64,000 nt of DNA from an uncultured Ignavibacteria bacterium (GTDB taxonomy: Bacteria; Zixibacteria; MSB-5A5; SM1-73). The notes under the pieces were generated by a model that was given only the letters and a program-made list of their open reading frames with translations, was not told the origin of the DNA and searched no databases. Both the position numbers and the translations under genes were made by a program. Every line of letters starts with the position of its first letter. Position 1 is the stretch's first letter. The stretch lies in contig CAZPOP010000008.1 of assembly GCA_964588305.1 (NCBI GenBank), positions 12,145-76,144 on the forward strand, in the 5' to 3' direction. Positions 45,928-55,198 of this stretch are shown one piece after another.

Positions 45928-47946
45928 TTATGGCTGCGTGCCCTTTGTTCTCTTGGTCATTTCCACGCTGAGCTGCAGGAAGGAACGTTCCCTGGCTTGA
46001 AACTCTTTCACCAATTTTGGGAATTTCGCGGAGAGATCATCTTTTTGTAGTGGGTCCTGGCTAGTATCGAAAAGAGAAGGATCGGCACCTATGCGATCGA
46101 CGAAAAAATATGAACCCTCTGCCCAACCGACAAGCTTTCCATCTATCATCATGGCGAAGCCCCCATCTTCGGCAGGAAGAGAGAGAAGATCGCGACCCCA
46201 GGATTGATGAAGGACCGATTTGCCCAGAAGACCAAGGATGGTCGGGAGGAGATCGGTTTGGCTGCCTATTCTGGTTACCCTTTGGGGCGAGGATTTGATT
46301 GGTATGTGCGGGGCGTAAATCAAGCAGGCAATGTGAAACCGCTCCCAGGACAGGTCGCTTTTGTTTTCCAGAAGCCGGCCATGGTCGGCCACCAACACAA
46401 ATATGGTGTTGTCAAAATAAGGCTCCTTTTCTGCTTGGCGGAAGAACTTGCCTAAAGCCCAATCGGAATAGTAAAACGTATTCAGGTAGTCGGAGTGAGG
46501 CTCATCTTCGGGGAAGATCCGAAATTCCGGGTTGGGCAAGAGGAAAGGCTCATGGTTGCTCAAAGTGAGAATCACCCCTAGAAAAGGACGACCGCCGAAT
46601 TTGCGGAATTCCCGGTTTGCCCGTTCGAAAACGACATGGTCCGGAACGCCCCATTTCCCGAGACTTGCTTCCGAGGGGAAATCCTCCTGTCCTAGAAAAG
46701 CATTGAATCCCTGGTTGCGCAGAAAACCTTCCATGTTGTCAAACTGCAGGTCTCCACCATAGATGACCGTGGACCGGTATCCCCTCTCTCTCAGTATCTT
46801 GGCAAGTGAGGTGAACGGACGGTTGGCGGAGAGTTTTTTCATTATGGAGCGCACCGGCGATGAAGGAAAAGAACACAGCACCGACGGTATTCCACGATTG
46901 GTGCGGGTTCCAGTGGCAAAGAAATTCTCGAATAGTATCCCTTTCTGCGCCAGGCTGTCGAAATTCGGAGTGACTCCGTCTTTTCCTCCCAGGGCACCCA
47001 CAAAACGCGCCAGCCAGCTTTCCAGCAGTACGATCACCACATTGTAGTCTTTGTTTGCCTCGTCGGGCGAATCGGTATAATACCAGCGAGCCAACGAATG
47101 AAGAGAATCGGTGAGCTTCTCCTGTTTGGTGACTAACATGTTTTGCACGCTGGAAAGAGCTTGCCCTGTGGGAAAGAAGCGATACCGTTCTGCCAATTCG
47201 CCGTGGATATCCTTTTGCTCTTCCAGATAGGATTTCCCCAGAGTGTAAACCCCATTCAGAGCCAGCTGATTGGCCAGGCTATAAGGACTGAAATAAGCCA
47301 ACCCCCAATCGATGGGAGCCAGCTGCCACCGTCCACGTGCCCCCAAAAACAAAAGCGCAAGGACTAGCACCAGATAAAGGAGGCGGCTTAAGACCTTCTC
47401 CTTATGTTTTCTGATGAATAGTCTCTTACTGATTTTTATGCCGGTCCAGACAAAGGCAAAAGTTAGAAGGCCCCACAGCATAAGATAAAGAATAACCGGA
47501 TATCCTGACCAGATGGTATACCACATCATCCCCGGCTGATCCAGATATTCCAATGCCCAGAAGCTAAGGCGAGTTCCGAAGTCCCCAAAGTATTCGACGT
47601 CGATCAGGCTCAAAAGAAAAACGAGACCAAAATACAGGAAGAGTATGGTTTGGATTACAACTCGACCCACCCTAAAGCGGTGAATGCCAACGAAGGGAAG
47701 ATAGCTTAGGATAAAAAGCGGGATGAATACGTAGGTCATCACCACCATGTCAAACCGTGCGCCTATAAAAAAGGAGTGGAGAATGGTCAGGGTCGGTATG
47801 CCAGAGGCGGCCTCTCTGTGCCTGAACAGGAAGCCAAGTCGCAGTAGTCCAAGAAAGATCAACCCCAGAAGGAAAATGGCTGCGAAGAACGAGACCGTGC
47901 CTGGTGGCTTCAGGAAAGCCAATACCGAATCGAACCTTTTTTTCAT
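45928..47946 (-). CDS. LTA synthase / phosphoglycerol transferase (sulfatase superfamily) membrane protein
   Basis: Five N-terminal TMs (GARFD, RG); LLES, catalytic Thr in GTRTNRG, WGVPD, SNHEPF and VADHG. Confidence 0.9.
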   Translation of the reverse strand: MKKRFDSVLAFLKPPGTVSFFAAIFLLGLIFLGLLRLGFLFRHREAASGIPTLTILHSFFIGARFDMVVMTYVFIPLFILSYLPFVGIHRFRVGRVVIQTILFLYFGLVFLLSLIDVEYFGDFGTRLSFWALEYLDQPGMMWYTIWSGYPVILYLMLWGLLTFAFVWTGIKISKRLFIRKHKEKVLSRLLYLVLVLALLFLGARGRWQLAPIDWGLAYFSPYSLANQLALNGVYTLGKSYLEEQKDIHGELAERYRFFPTGQALSSVQNMLVTKQEKLTDSLHSLARWYYTDSPDEANKDYNVVIVLLESWLARFVGALGGKDGVTPNFDSLAQKGILFENFFATGTRTNRGIPSVLCSFPSSPVRSIMKKLSANRPFTSLAKILRERGYRSTVIYGGDLQFDNMEGFLRNQGFNAFLGQEDFPSEASLGKWGVPDHVVFERANREFRKFGGRPFLGVILTLSNHEPFLLPNPEFRIFPEDEPHSDYLNTFYYSDWALGKFFRQAEKEPYFDNTIFVLVADHGRLLENKSDLSWERFHIACLIYAPHIPIKSSPQRVTRIGSQTDLLPTILGLLGKSVLHQSWGRDLLSLPAEDGGFAMMIDGKLVGWAEGSYFFVDRIGADPSLFDTSQDPLQKDDLSAKFPKLVKEFQARERSFLQLSVEMTKRTKGTQP

Positions 47947-48015
47947 ACTCTTGGCAAATCCAGAAAAGGGACGAGGATCAAATAGGGAAGAATTCCGTCC
48001 ACCCTTTGAAGTACA

Positions 48016-48070
48016 TCAAAAATAGGGATTTCTGTTCCGGCAAGCCGGATAACAAAAATCCCTATTTGAG
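48016..48070. terminator. Hairpin between lepB and the LTA-synthase-family gene
   Basis: AAATAGGGATTT..GTTCCGGC-AA-GCCGGATAAC..AAATCCCTATTT inverted repeat. Confidence 0.55.
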
Positions 48071-48111
48071 GACAATTCAACCTTGAGAATCCTGTCTCTT
48101 CCTTTTTGTTT

Positions 48112-48831
48112 CTAGCGAATGATATCTCCGATTCTATTCCACCTCACCCTGTTAGGGAAATGAGTGACGTTGTAGAAAACGTTTTTGGGGAGGGAGGTAA
48201 GGTCCTTTGAGGTTACTACGGGAGCGTTGGGGTCGGCGGCCCAGGACCAGTGAATGATCATGGCTTTTCCCAAAACCAATTCCCGGGGGAGCGGTCCCCA
48301 GTAGCGAGAATCAGCACTGTTGTCTCTATTGTCTCCCATCATGAACAAATATCCCTCGGGGACCTCGTAAGGACCGAAATTGTCTCTCGGATCCCTTCCC
48401 TTGGGACGAAAATGAGAATCAGTGTATTTCCCCCTGGGAGGGTCCGGGACTCTTTTCCCATCAACGTACAAGACCTTTTCCCTAATCTCCACCGTCTGTC
48501 CTTCCACCGCCACGCACCTTTTTATGTAGTTCACCTTGGGATTGCGAGGATACTTGAAGATTACGATGTCGCCAGGTTTTGGCTCTCTTAGGGCAGGCAG
48601 GTGAACGGGCAGCAAGGGAATCTTCGATCCATAAATGAATTTGTTAGCCAGAAGGAAATCTCCGATCAGAAGGGTATCCTCCATTGAGCCGGAGGGGATC
48701 TTGTAAGCCTCCACCACCGAACACTTGATGATCAAGGCCAAAATCAAAGCTACCGCAAAGGATTCAGCATATTCCCGCAGTACCGACTTTTTTCTCTTGT
48801 GCGAATCCTGCTTATCGAGACTGGCGCGCAT
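48112..48831 (-). CDS. lepB: Signal peptidase I
   Basis: IPSGSME.TL.IGD, YIKRC and GDNRDNS.DSRYWG; ATG 48831 follows GGAGGA. Confidence 0.95.
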   Translation of the reverse strand: MRASLDKQDSHKRKKSVLREYAESFAVALILALIIKCSVVEAYKIPSGSMEDTLLIGDFLLANKFIYGSKIPLLPVHLPALREPKPGDIVIFKYPRNPKVNYIKRCVAVEGQTVEIREKVLYVDGKRVPDPPRGKYTDSHFRPKGRDPRDNFGPYEVPEGYLFMMGDNRDNSADSRYWGPLPRELVLGKAMIIHWSWAADPNAPVVTSKDLTSLPKNVFYNVTHFPNRVRWNRIGDIIR

Positions 48832-49117
48832 TGGTCCTCCTCCAGGTTTTTGATTCAAAAGAACCCTTCGTATTTATACGAGTCGATGCCGTACTTGTTT
48901 TAGAATTATTCAAAAACATCCTCTGGAGGTTTCTTCCTGAGCCAAATCAGACCGATTCTGCCTGCCGCATTATTTGATCGGAATCCGATTTCTTGGAGCG
49001 GCAATTGACAAATATCGGCTCATTCGCCACGTCCGAAGAAGAAAACAGAGAAACTCCCAATTCTTTGGTGATGGTCAACCGCAGGCATCTTTGCCTTCTG
49101 AACCCGGGCAGATGCTG

Positions 49118-51061
49118 CTATTGGCTCTTTTCTTCCTGGCCTTCTTCCTCAGCGATTTCACCCCGGGCGATCATCCTCTCATAATCCAGGGGGTGCCTTT
49201 CCAGGTAAGCCTCTTCCGTCATTTTTCCGGTCAGCACGGTGAAGTTTATGGGATAGCTTTCCGGATGAATAAACATGAAGAAGAAATGCCACACCAGGAT
49301 AGCCAGGGTAGCCAGCCAAGCTTCGTAGTAATGGACCGCCTTTGCCACGTCCAAGAGCCACTTGGGCATGAATCCCAAGAAGAAGGTCTCGAACCACAGG
49401 GGAATCCCGGTTACGATCATCACGAATCCACCCCACATCAACGCCCAATACTCTGCTTTTTCGGTGTAGTCGTATCGGCCAAACTGAGGAGGCTTAGACG
49501 ACAAGCCGAAGCTGTAAAGAAGATTCTGTGTCACGCTGCTAACGTCCGACAGGTCCGGGAATTTGGCCTTTATCTGCTGCCAACCACGCTTGCTGAGAAC
49601 GGAACGGAAGATGGAGAAAAAGAAAAGGCCGATCAAAATCACCCCTGCTACCCGATGAGCCACCCCCCGGGCCGCAAAGGCGGTGGGAGAATGGGTCAAC
49701 CAGGATGACCACCAGTGGTCCGGAAATCTAAAAGCGAAGCCGGTTATGATCAATGTGACGAAGGATATGAAAAGAAGAAAGTGCCACAGGACCTCAGTCG
49801 ACGTCCACCTTATCACCCGCCCGGTTTTCGCTTCCCGGTACCGTTCTATGGCAAATCTTATCATGACCACGCCGTTGTGAGCCAGCATTCCGCCGATTGT
49901 CACGATTATAAGACTAAGGTAGAGAATCCTTACCCAGTAGACTCCTACGTCCTTCTTGCTGGTAGGAATGATGTGTATTGAGCCCTTGGCATAGTTGGCC
50001 CCGGCACCTTCGTGGCATTTCCCACATGTTTCAGGCAGATTAGCCTTGTTGATGCTGGAGTGGGGATCGTCCTCTCCTCTGATGTTGTGACTGGTGTGGC
50101 AGCTTACACAACTGGCGGTGTTAAGATCACCGGCTCTGCTCCCAACTCCATGATAGGTATCCAGATACGTTGTCACCCTTTCGGAAACCAATCCATACTT
50201 TTCAATGATCCTTTCTGAGGAATGACACCGATTGCAGGTTACCCTGGAGATGTTCGCAGGAAAAGTAGGCGAGGTTTTGTCACTGGACGATTTGATGCCA
50301 TGATCATTATGACAGTCGGTGCAGACCGGCGCTTCAGTTACTCCTCTCTTAACTCCTCTTCCATGAGTGTCTTCGCTATATTCTTCCTCCTCTCCGGGGT
50401 GGCACTGACCGCAGGTCGAGGGAATATTGGTTCGATAGACATATGAAGTGGGATCAGAAGCAGGCCGTAAGTCGTGACTTCTATGGCAGTCGCTGCAAAC
50501 AGCTACCCCTATGTCTCCTTCCTCGAGTGCCTGGCCGTGGACACTCTGAGCATATGCCTTATAGGGAGCGGGCACCGGTATCTGATACTTGCTCACCAAT
50601 CTCACATCCGCATGGCACTTGGCGCACATCTCAGGCTGGTTGGCACGGTAGGTATCGGCCTCGGGATCGTCTACCGAGCGGATGTTGTGATAATCGTGGC
50701 AGTCCTGGCAGGTGGGAGCATCTGTCACTCCCTCCAGGTATTTCTGTCCATGAAATCCCCTCTCATACAGGTCTAATGCGTCTGCGTGGCACATTCCACA
50801 GTTCACCATCTCCAGCGGAGCCTCATGAAACTCGGCCTCGGCGTCTGCATGACAGGCCACGCAGGACAAATCATGGTGAATGGACTGTTGAAAAACTGCT
50901 ACGTCTACGTACAGTGAAATCTCTTTGCCCAGAGAGTCTTCTTTGGTTAGAGTCTCGTCACCATGACACATCATGCAATCCTCGTTTGACTGGGCAAAAA
51001 CGAATTGAGCAAAGGCCAATAGAATTGCAGCCGTTCCGAGAATTTTCAGATGTTTCTGCAA
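49118..51061 (-). CDS. Multiheme cytochrome c (11 CXXCH) fused to an FdnI-type cytochrome b (CbcL-like)
   Basis: Signal peptide; CMMCH, CVACH, CGMCH, CQDCH, CAKCH, CSDCH, CGQCH, CTDCH, CNRCH, CVSCH and CGKCH; C-terminal TM domain with HRVAG, EKAEYWA..WG and HYYEAWLA..VWHF. Confidence 0.92.
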   Translation of the reverse strand: MQKHLKILGTAAILLAFAQFVFAQSNEDCMMCHGDETLTKEDSLGKEISLYVDVAVFQQSIHHDLSCVACHADAEAEFHEAPLEMVNCGMCHADALDLYERGFHGQKYLEGVTDAPTCQDCHDYHNIRSVDDPEADTYRANQPEMCAKCHADVRLVSKYQIPVPAPYKAYAQSVHGQALEEGDIGVAVCSDCHRSHDLRPASDPTSYVYRTNIPSTCGQCHPGEEEEYSEDTHGRGVKRGVTEAPVCTDCHNDHGIKSSSDKTSPTFPANISRVTCNRCHSSERIIEKYGLVSERVTTYLDTYHGVGSRAGDLNTASCVSCHTSHNIRGEDDPHSSINKANLPETCGKCHEGAGANYAKGSIHIIPTSKKDVGVYWVRILYLSLIIVTIGGMLAHNGVVMIRFAIERYREAKTGRVIRWTSTEVLWHFLLFISFVTLIITGFAFRFPDHWWSSWLTHSPTAFAARGVAHRVAGVILIGLFFFSIFRSVLSKRGWQQIKAKFPDLSDVSSVTQNLLYSFGLSSKPPQFGRYDYTEKAEYWALMWGGFVMIVTGIPLWFETFFLGFMPKWLLDVAKAVHYYEAWLATLAILVWHFFFMFIHPESYPINFTVLTGKMTEEAYLERHPLDYERMIARGEIAEEEGQEEKSQ

Positions 51062-51085
51062 TTTCGACGCCTACCTTTCTGATTA

Positions 51086-51101
51086 TGTGAAGTACCTCAC
51101 T
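51086..51101. promoter_or_regulatory. CRP/FNR- or Rex-like palindromic operator
   Basis: TGTGA-AGTACC-TCACT between the putative promoter and the cytochrome start codon. Confidence 0.45.
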
Positions 51102-51114
51102 ATTTTGAGCACAG

Positions 51115-51143
51115 AACATAACAATCGGTCACCTTGTTGTCAA
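51115..51143 (-). promoter_or_regulatory. Sigma-70-like promoter of the cytochrome gene
   Basis: Minus strand TTGACA-N17-TATGTT, with TG upstream of the -10. Confidence 0.6.
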
Positions 51144-51212
51144 GATTTTTTTGGAAAAATCGAGTGCTCCGGCGCGCCCGGTTGACCATCACTTTTCACT
51201 GAAAGAGAGCAG

Positions 51213-51538
51213 ATTGCGAGTTTAGGAGCAAGGTTCGGCTTTTCATGCGCTCAACCCCACGTGAGGCGTCTTCTGGGTGCGGCGGAAGAGGAAACAAAAG
51301 AACTGCGAGGGGAGGTTAAAAGAGGCCGTAAAGCCAATCTGCCCGGAACAGTTAGAATCAGCTTCGGATTTTACAGCCCAAAGAGGAAATTAATCATTTA
51401 ATTGATGCATCAAAAGGAATTTCCCGAAAGGAATTAGGAAGGAACTTCAGAATGGATGAAAAATCTGTAGGTCAACCATGTCCGAAGGACTGGTTGACAG
51501 TTGCTTTTGACTTGTCAAGCAGGTTACGCCATGCTTGA
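51213..51538 (+). pseudogene. Frameshifted C-terminal remnant of a class V aminotransferase / cysteine desulfurase-like gene
   Basis: Manual translation LGARFGFSCAQPHVRRLLG...NLPGTVRISFGFYSP/frameshift/KEEINHLIDASKGI matches the R.G.xCA.P and G.VR.SFG.YN..EE motifs; no N-terminus or start codon. Confidence 0.75.
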
Positions 51539-51552
51539 CCTACGCCTTGTGA

Positions 51553-52614
51553 CTATTTTATCAAACGAAGAAAGTCGTTATAAGTAATAAAGATGATCAG
51601 GAGGATCAAAAAGGCGAATCCGATCTGTTGCATGGCCGCACGCTGTTTTAAGGAGAGCGGCCGGCCCCTCATTTTCTCGATGCCCAAAAACAAGAGATGG
51701 CCGCCATCCAGGACGGGAATGGGGAGCACGTTTATCAGAGATAAATTGATCGACAAAAGCGCGGTGAAGGAAAGGAGGCTGACAAATCCAGCTCTAGCGG
51801 TCTGTCCCGCAACCTGAGCGATAAAGACGGGCCCACCCACCAGCTTAATGGATGCAGCTCCCGTAATGAGTCCAATGATGAATTTGATTGTTTCCACCAG
51901 GATGAAGACGGCGGTGCTGATACCCTCTAAAAGCGATCTAAAGAAACCAACCTTAACTGTGGTATAGCTGGGGCCAATGCCGATTTTCCCTACGTATTTA
52001 ACCTCTCCGGTTTCGTCTAAGATTCTATCCTTGAAAGTGGTTATTGTGGCAGTGTGTTGTTCGCCATCTCTTATCCACTTGACCTCCACCGGTTTTTCTA
52101 CCTGTTGGTAAATAATTTCCGCCATTTCTTTGAAGGTAGCGACCTCGATTCCGTTGATGGAGATGATCCGGTCGTCCGGTTTAATTCCCGCCTCATCCGC
52201 CGGACCTCCAGCTGCCACCAGGCCAATCTGATTGGTGTCCTCATGAATTTCCTGTTTTCCGGCAAAGAATATTATGCCCCAGAAGATCAAGATAGCCAGG
52301 AGGAAATTCATAGCCGGACCCGCAAAAACCACTAAAGCCCGCGTGCCAACCGGCTTGGACATGAACTCCCATGGTTCACCCTTTATTTCCTTTTGATCCG
52401 GGTCCTCTCCTGCCATCTTCACATATCCTCCCAAGGGGACCCAGGATATGCAATATTCGGTATCCCCGATCTTCTTCCCGATGAGTTTGGGAGGAAACCC
52501 CAGTGAGAATCTTTCGACTCTGATTCCGGATTTCTTGGCGACCAAGAAATGTCCCAGCTCGTGAAAGAAAATCAGAATTCCCAAAACGAATACGGTGGCT
52601 AATAATGTTGTCAT
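51553..52614 (-). CDS. rseP: RIP metalloprotease RseP
   Basis: HELGH, PLGGYVKM, AGP.MN, a PDZ domain and NVLPIPVLDGGH; downstream of dxr. Confidence 0.95.
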   Translation of the reverse strand: MTTLLATVFVLGILIFFHELGHFLVAKKSGIRVERFSLGFPPKLIGKKIGDTEYCISWVPLGGYVKMAGEDPDQKEIKGEPWEFMSKPVGTRALVVFAGPAMNFLLAILIFWGIIFFAGKQEIHEDTNQIGLVAAGGPADEAGIKPDDRIISINGIEVATFKEMAEIIYQQVEKPVEVKWIRDGEQHTATITTFKDRILDETGEVKYVGKIGIGPSYTTVKVGFFRSLLEGISTAVFILVETIKFIIGLITGAASIKLVGGPVFIAQVAGQTARAGFVSLLSFTALLSINLSLINVLPIPVLDGGHLLFLGIEKMRGRPLSLKQRAAMQQIGFAFLILLIIFITYNDFLRLIK

Positions 52615-52693
52615 AATCCTGCTCTTTATCTCCTTCGTCCCATAAAGCTAAGCCCCACGATGAACAGACATGTTTTGATACGGATTTGAAATG

Positions 52694-53854
52694 CTAAATG
52701 GTAACCTTTGACCTTAAACCGATAATTCTGTTTGCCTGCTCTCTTGACCATTCATCCGCACTCAGAATATCGTCCAGACCTGGTTTTCCCATCACCTTGT
52801 GATGATCTAATACCCGTTTCACCACTTCGTGGATTTCTATAAATGGCAGTTTCCGCTCCAAAAAAGCTTTCACTGCCCTTTCGTTAGCCGCATTCAGCAC
52901 TGCAGGAGCTGTTCCTCCCATTTGCAGAGCTTGATAACAAATCCCCAAACAGGGGAATTTTTCCCGGTCAGGTTCCTCAAAGGTAAGGCCTCTTGTTTCG
53001 ACTAAATCCAGAGGTTTGCTGTTGGTAAGTAGCCTTTCCGGATAGAACAAAGCATATTGGATGGGAATTTTCATGTCCGGGATGCTCATCTGGGCGATTA
53101 AAGATCCATCCACAAACTCGACCATGGAATGAACTACGGATTGAGGATGTATCAAGACCTTTATCTGGTCGATCGGCATGTCGAAGAGCCAACGGGCTTC
53201 GATTACCTCCAGTCCTTTGTTCATCAAAGTGGCTGAATCCACGGTGATTTTCCTTCCCATCTCCCAGTTGGGATGGGAGAGTGCCTCTTCTACCGTCACA
53301 TTCCTCAAATCTTCCCTTTTCTTCCTGAGAAAGGGTCCGCCGGATGCAGTGAGAATCAAGCTTTTTACCTCGTTTTTCTTCCCGGTCAGAAGACATTGCA
53401 GGATAGCGGAATGTTCGCTGTCGATGGGTAGGATTTCTACGTTTTTCTCTTTGGCTTTTTGGATTAAGAGGTCCCCTGCCATGACCAGTGTTTCTTTGTT
53501 GGCAATAGCCAAGTCCTTCCCCGACTCGATAGCCTCAAAACTGGGCAGAAGACCGACAGATCCGACCAGAGCATTTATGACCAAATCGACCTCGGGGGCA
53601 GAACACAGTCTTTTCAAGCCATCCACGCCAGAGAGAATCTCGATCTTGTCTTCTTTGGCGAACCTGTGAAAGCTCTCTTCGTCACTAATGGCTGCCTTCT
53701 TCGGCTTGAACCTCTTGATCTGTTCCCCCAACAGGCTCACATTGGTATTGGCAGAGAGTCCGAAAACGGAGAATCTATCGGCAAACTCGGATAATACGCT
53801 CAATGTATTCCTGCCAATCGATCCGGTCGATCCCAACACAACCACGTTTTTCAT
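52694..53854 (-). CDS. dxr: 1-deoxy-D-xylulose 5-phosphate reductoisomerase
   Basis: LGSTGSIG, ANKETLV, PIDSEHSA, HPNW.MG.KITVDSATLMNKGLE and NAANE motifs. Confidence 0.97.
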   Translation of the reverse strand: MKNVVVLGSTGSIGRNTLSVLSEFADRFSVFGLSANTNVSLLGEQIKRFKPKKAAISDEESFHRFAKEDKIEILSGVDGLKRLCSAPEVDLVINALVGSVGLLPSFEAIESGKDLAIANKETLVMAGDLLIQKAKEKNVEILPIDSEHSAILQCLLTGKKNEVKSLILTASGGPFLRKKREDLRNVTVEEALSHPNWEMGRKITVDSATLMNKGLEVIEARWLFDMPIDQIKVLIHPQSVVHSMVEFVDGSLIAQMSIPDMKIPIQYALFYPERLLTNSKPLDLVETRGLTFEEPDREKFPCLGICYQALQMGGTAPAVLNAANERAVKAFLERKLPFIEIHEVVKRVLDHHKVMGKPGLDDILSADEWSREQANRIIGLRSKVTI

Positions 53855-54016
53855 AGAAATATCATCCTTTCGATTTTAATATAAAATTGACTTGCATTTA
53901 ATGCAAGCCTTTTGTTACTTTAAAAATGCTTGATTGAATTACCGTTCCGAAGTATCTTGAGTTTGTTAAAACCGTGAAAGTATATTTGTCTTGACGAAAA
54001 AATACGGGAGCTGTGG

Positions 54017-55087
54017 ATGAAAAGGAAAAGGATAGGCATCCTGACGGGAGGAGGCGATTGTCCCGGGCTCAATGCGGCCATCCGGGCGGTCACCAAAACC
54101 GCCATCCACTGTTACAAGATGGAGGTGATCGGGATTGAGGATGGGTATGAGGGTTTGATCGAAAACAGGACCAGAAAATTGGAGAGCCAGGATGTCTCCG
54201 GAATATTGGCTCAAGGCGGCACCATACTGGGAACTTCTAATCGCGCCAATCCCTTTGCCTACGGAAAGGAGAAAAAAGACGTCTCCCAAAAGGTCTTGAG
54301 GAATTTTCGCAATCTGAACTTGGAGGCTTTGGTCTGCATCGGAGGAGATGGTACTTTGCACATCGCCCACGAATTGATTCAGCTGGGAATGCCCATCGTG
54401 GGGATACCCAAGACCATTGACAACGACGTGGAGGCCACCGACTTCACCATCGGGTTTGACTCTGCCGTGGCCGTAGCAACCGAGGCCATCGATAATATCC
54501 ATAGCACCGCCGAATCTCATCATCGGGTGATGATCATGGAGTTGATGGGAAGATATACCGGATGGGTGGCTTTGCATGCAGGTGTGGCTGGAGGGGGAGA
54601 CATAATCCTGATTCCGGAGATTCCCTACAGAATCGAAAGAATCTGTCGGGAGGTTAAAAGGAGAAGCCAAGTTGGAAAACGTTTCAGCATCATAGTGGTG
54701 GCAGAAGGGGTGAAGTTTGAAGATGAAGGGTTGGTGGTCAAAAGGAGGGTCAAAACCAGTACCGACCCGATTAGACTGGGGGGGATAAGCTACAGAATTG
54801 CCCGACAGATAGAGGAACTGACGGGTCTCGAGACCAGGGTCATCATACTGGGACATCTCCAGCGCGGGGGCAAGCCAACCGATTTTGACAGGATATTAGC
54901 CACTCAACTCGGCAAAAAGGCTGTGGATATGATCCTGACTGAAGAATTCGGATACATGTCCAGTTTGCAATGCGGCCAGACGACTGCGGTGCCTATTGAA
55001 TCCGCCATCAGGAGCCTCAAAAAGGTGGATTTATCTTCCCCTCTTGTCGAGGCAGCCAGAGCAGTGGGAACGTGTTTCGGTGATTGA
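54017..55087 (+). CDS. pfkA: 6-phosphofructokinase (group III / mixed-substrate type)
   Basis: TGGGDCPGLN, GGTILG, GGDGT, PKTIDND, MGR and LGHLQRGG. GGDG points to ATP use. Confidence 0.93.
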   Translation: MKRKRIGILTGGGDCPGLNAAIRAVTKTAIHCYKMEVIGIEDGYEGLIENRTRKLESQDVSGILAQGGTILGTSNRANPFAYGKEKKDVSQKVLRNFRNLNLEALVCIGGDGTLHIAHELIQLGMPIVGIPKTIDNDVEATDFTIGFDSAVAVATEAIDNIHSTAESHHRVMIMELMGRYTGWVALHAGVAGGGDIILIPEIPYRIERICREVKRRSQVGKRFSIIVVAEGVKFEDEGLVVKRRVKTSTDPIRLGGISYRIARQIEELTGLETRVIILGHLQRGGKPTDFDRILATQLGKKAVDMILTEEFGYMSSLQCGQTTAVPIESAIRSLKKVDLSSPLVEAARAVGTCFGD

Positions 55088-55198
55088 GATGGATGAATCA
55101 GTTTAGGCGAAGAAGTTGGTACTTCGTCGAGTTTGGATGAATATCCGTATCTTTTCAGGATCTGCATTAATGTTTTGGTTTGGAGAAAAAGGAGAGTG

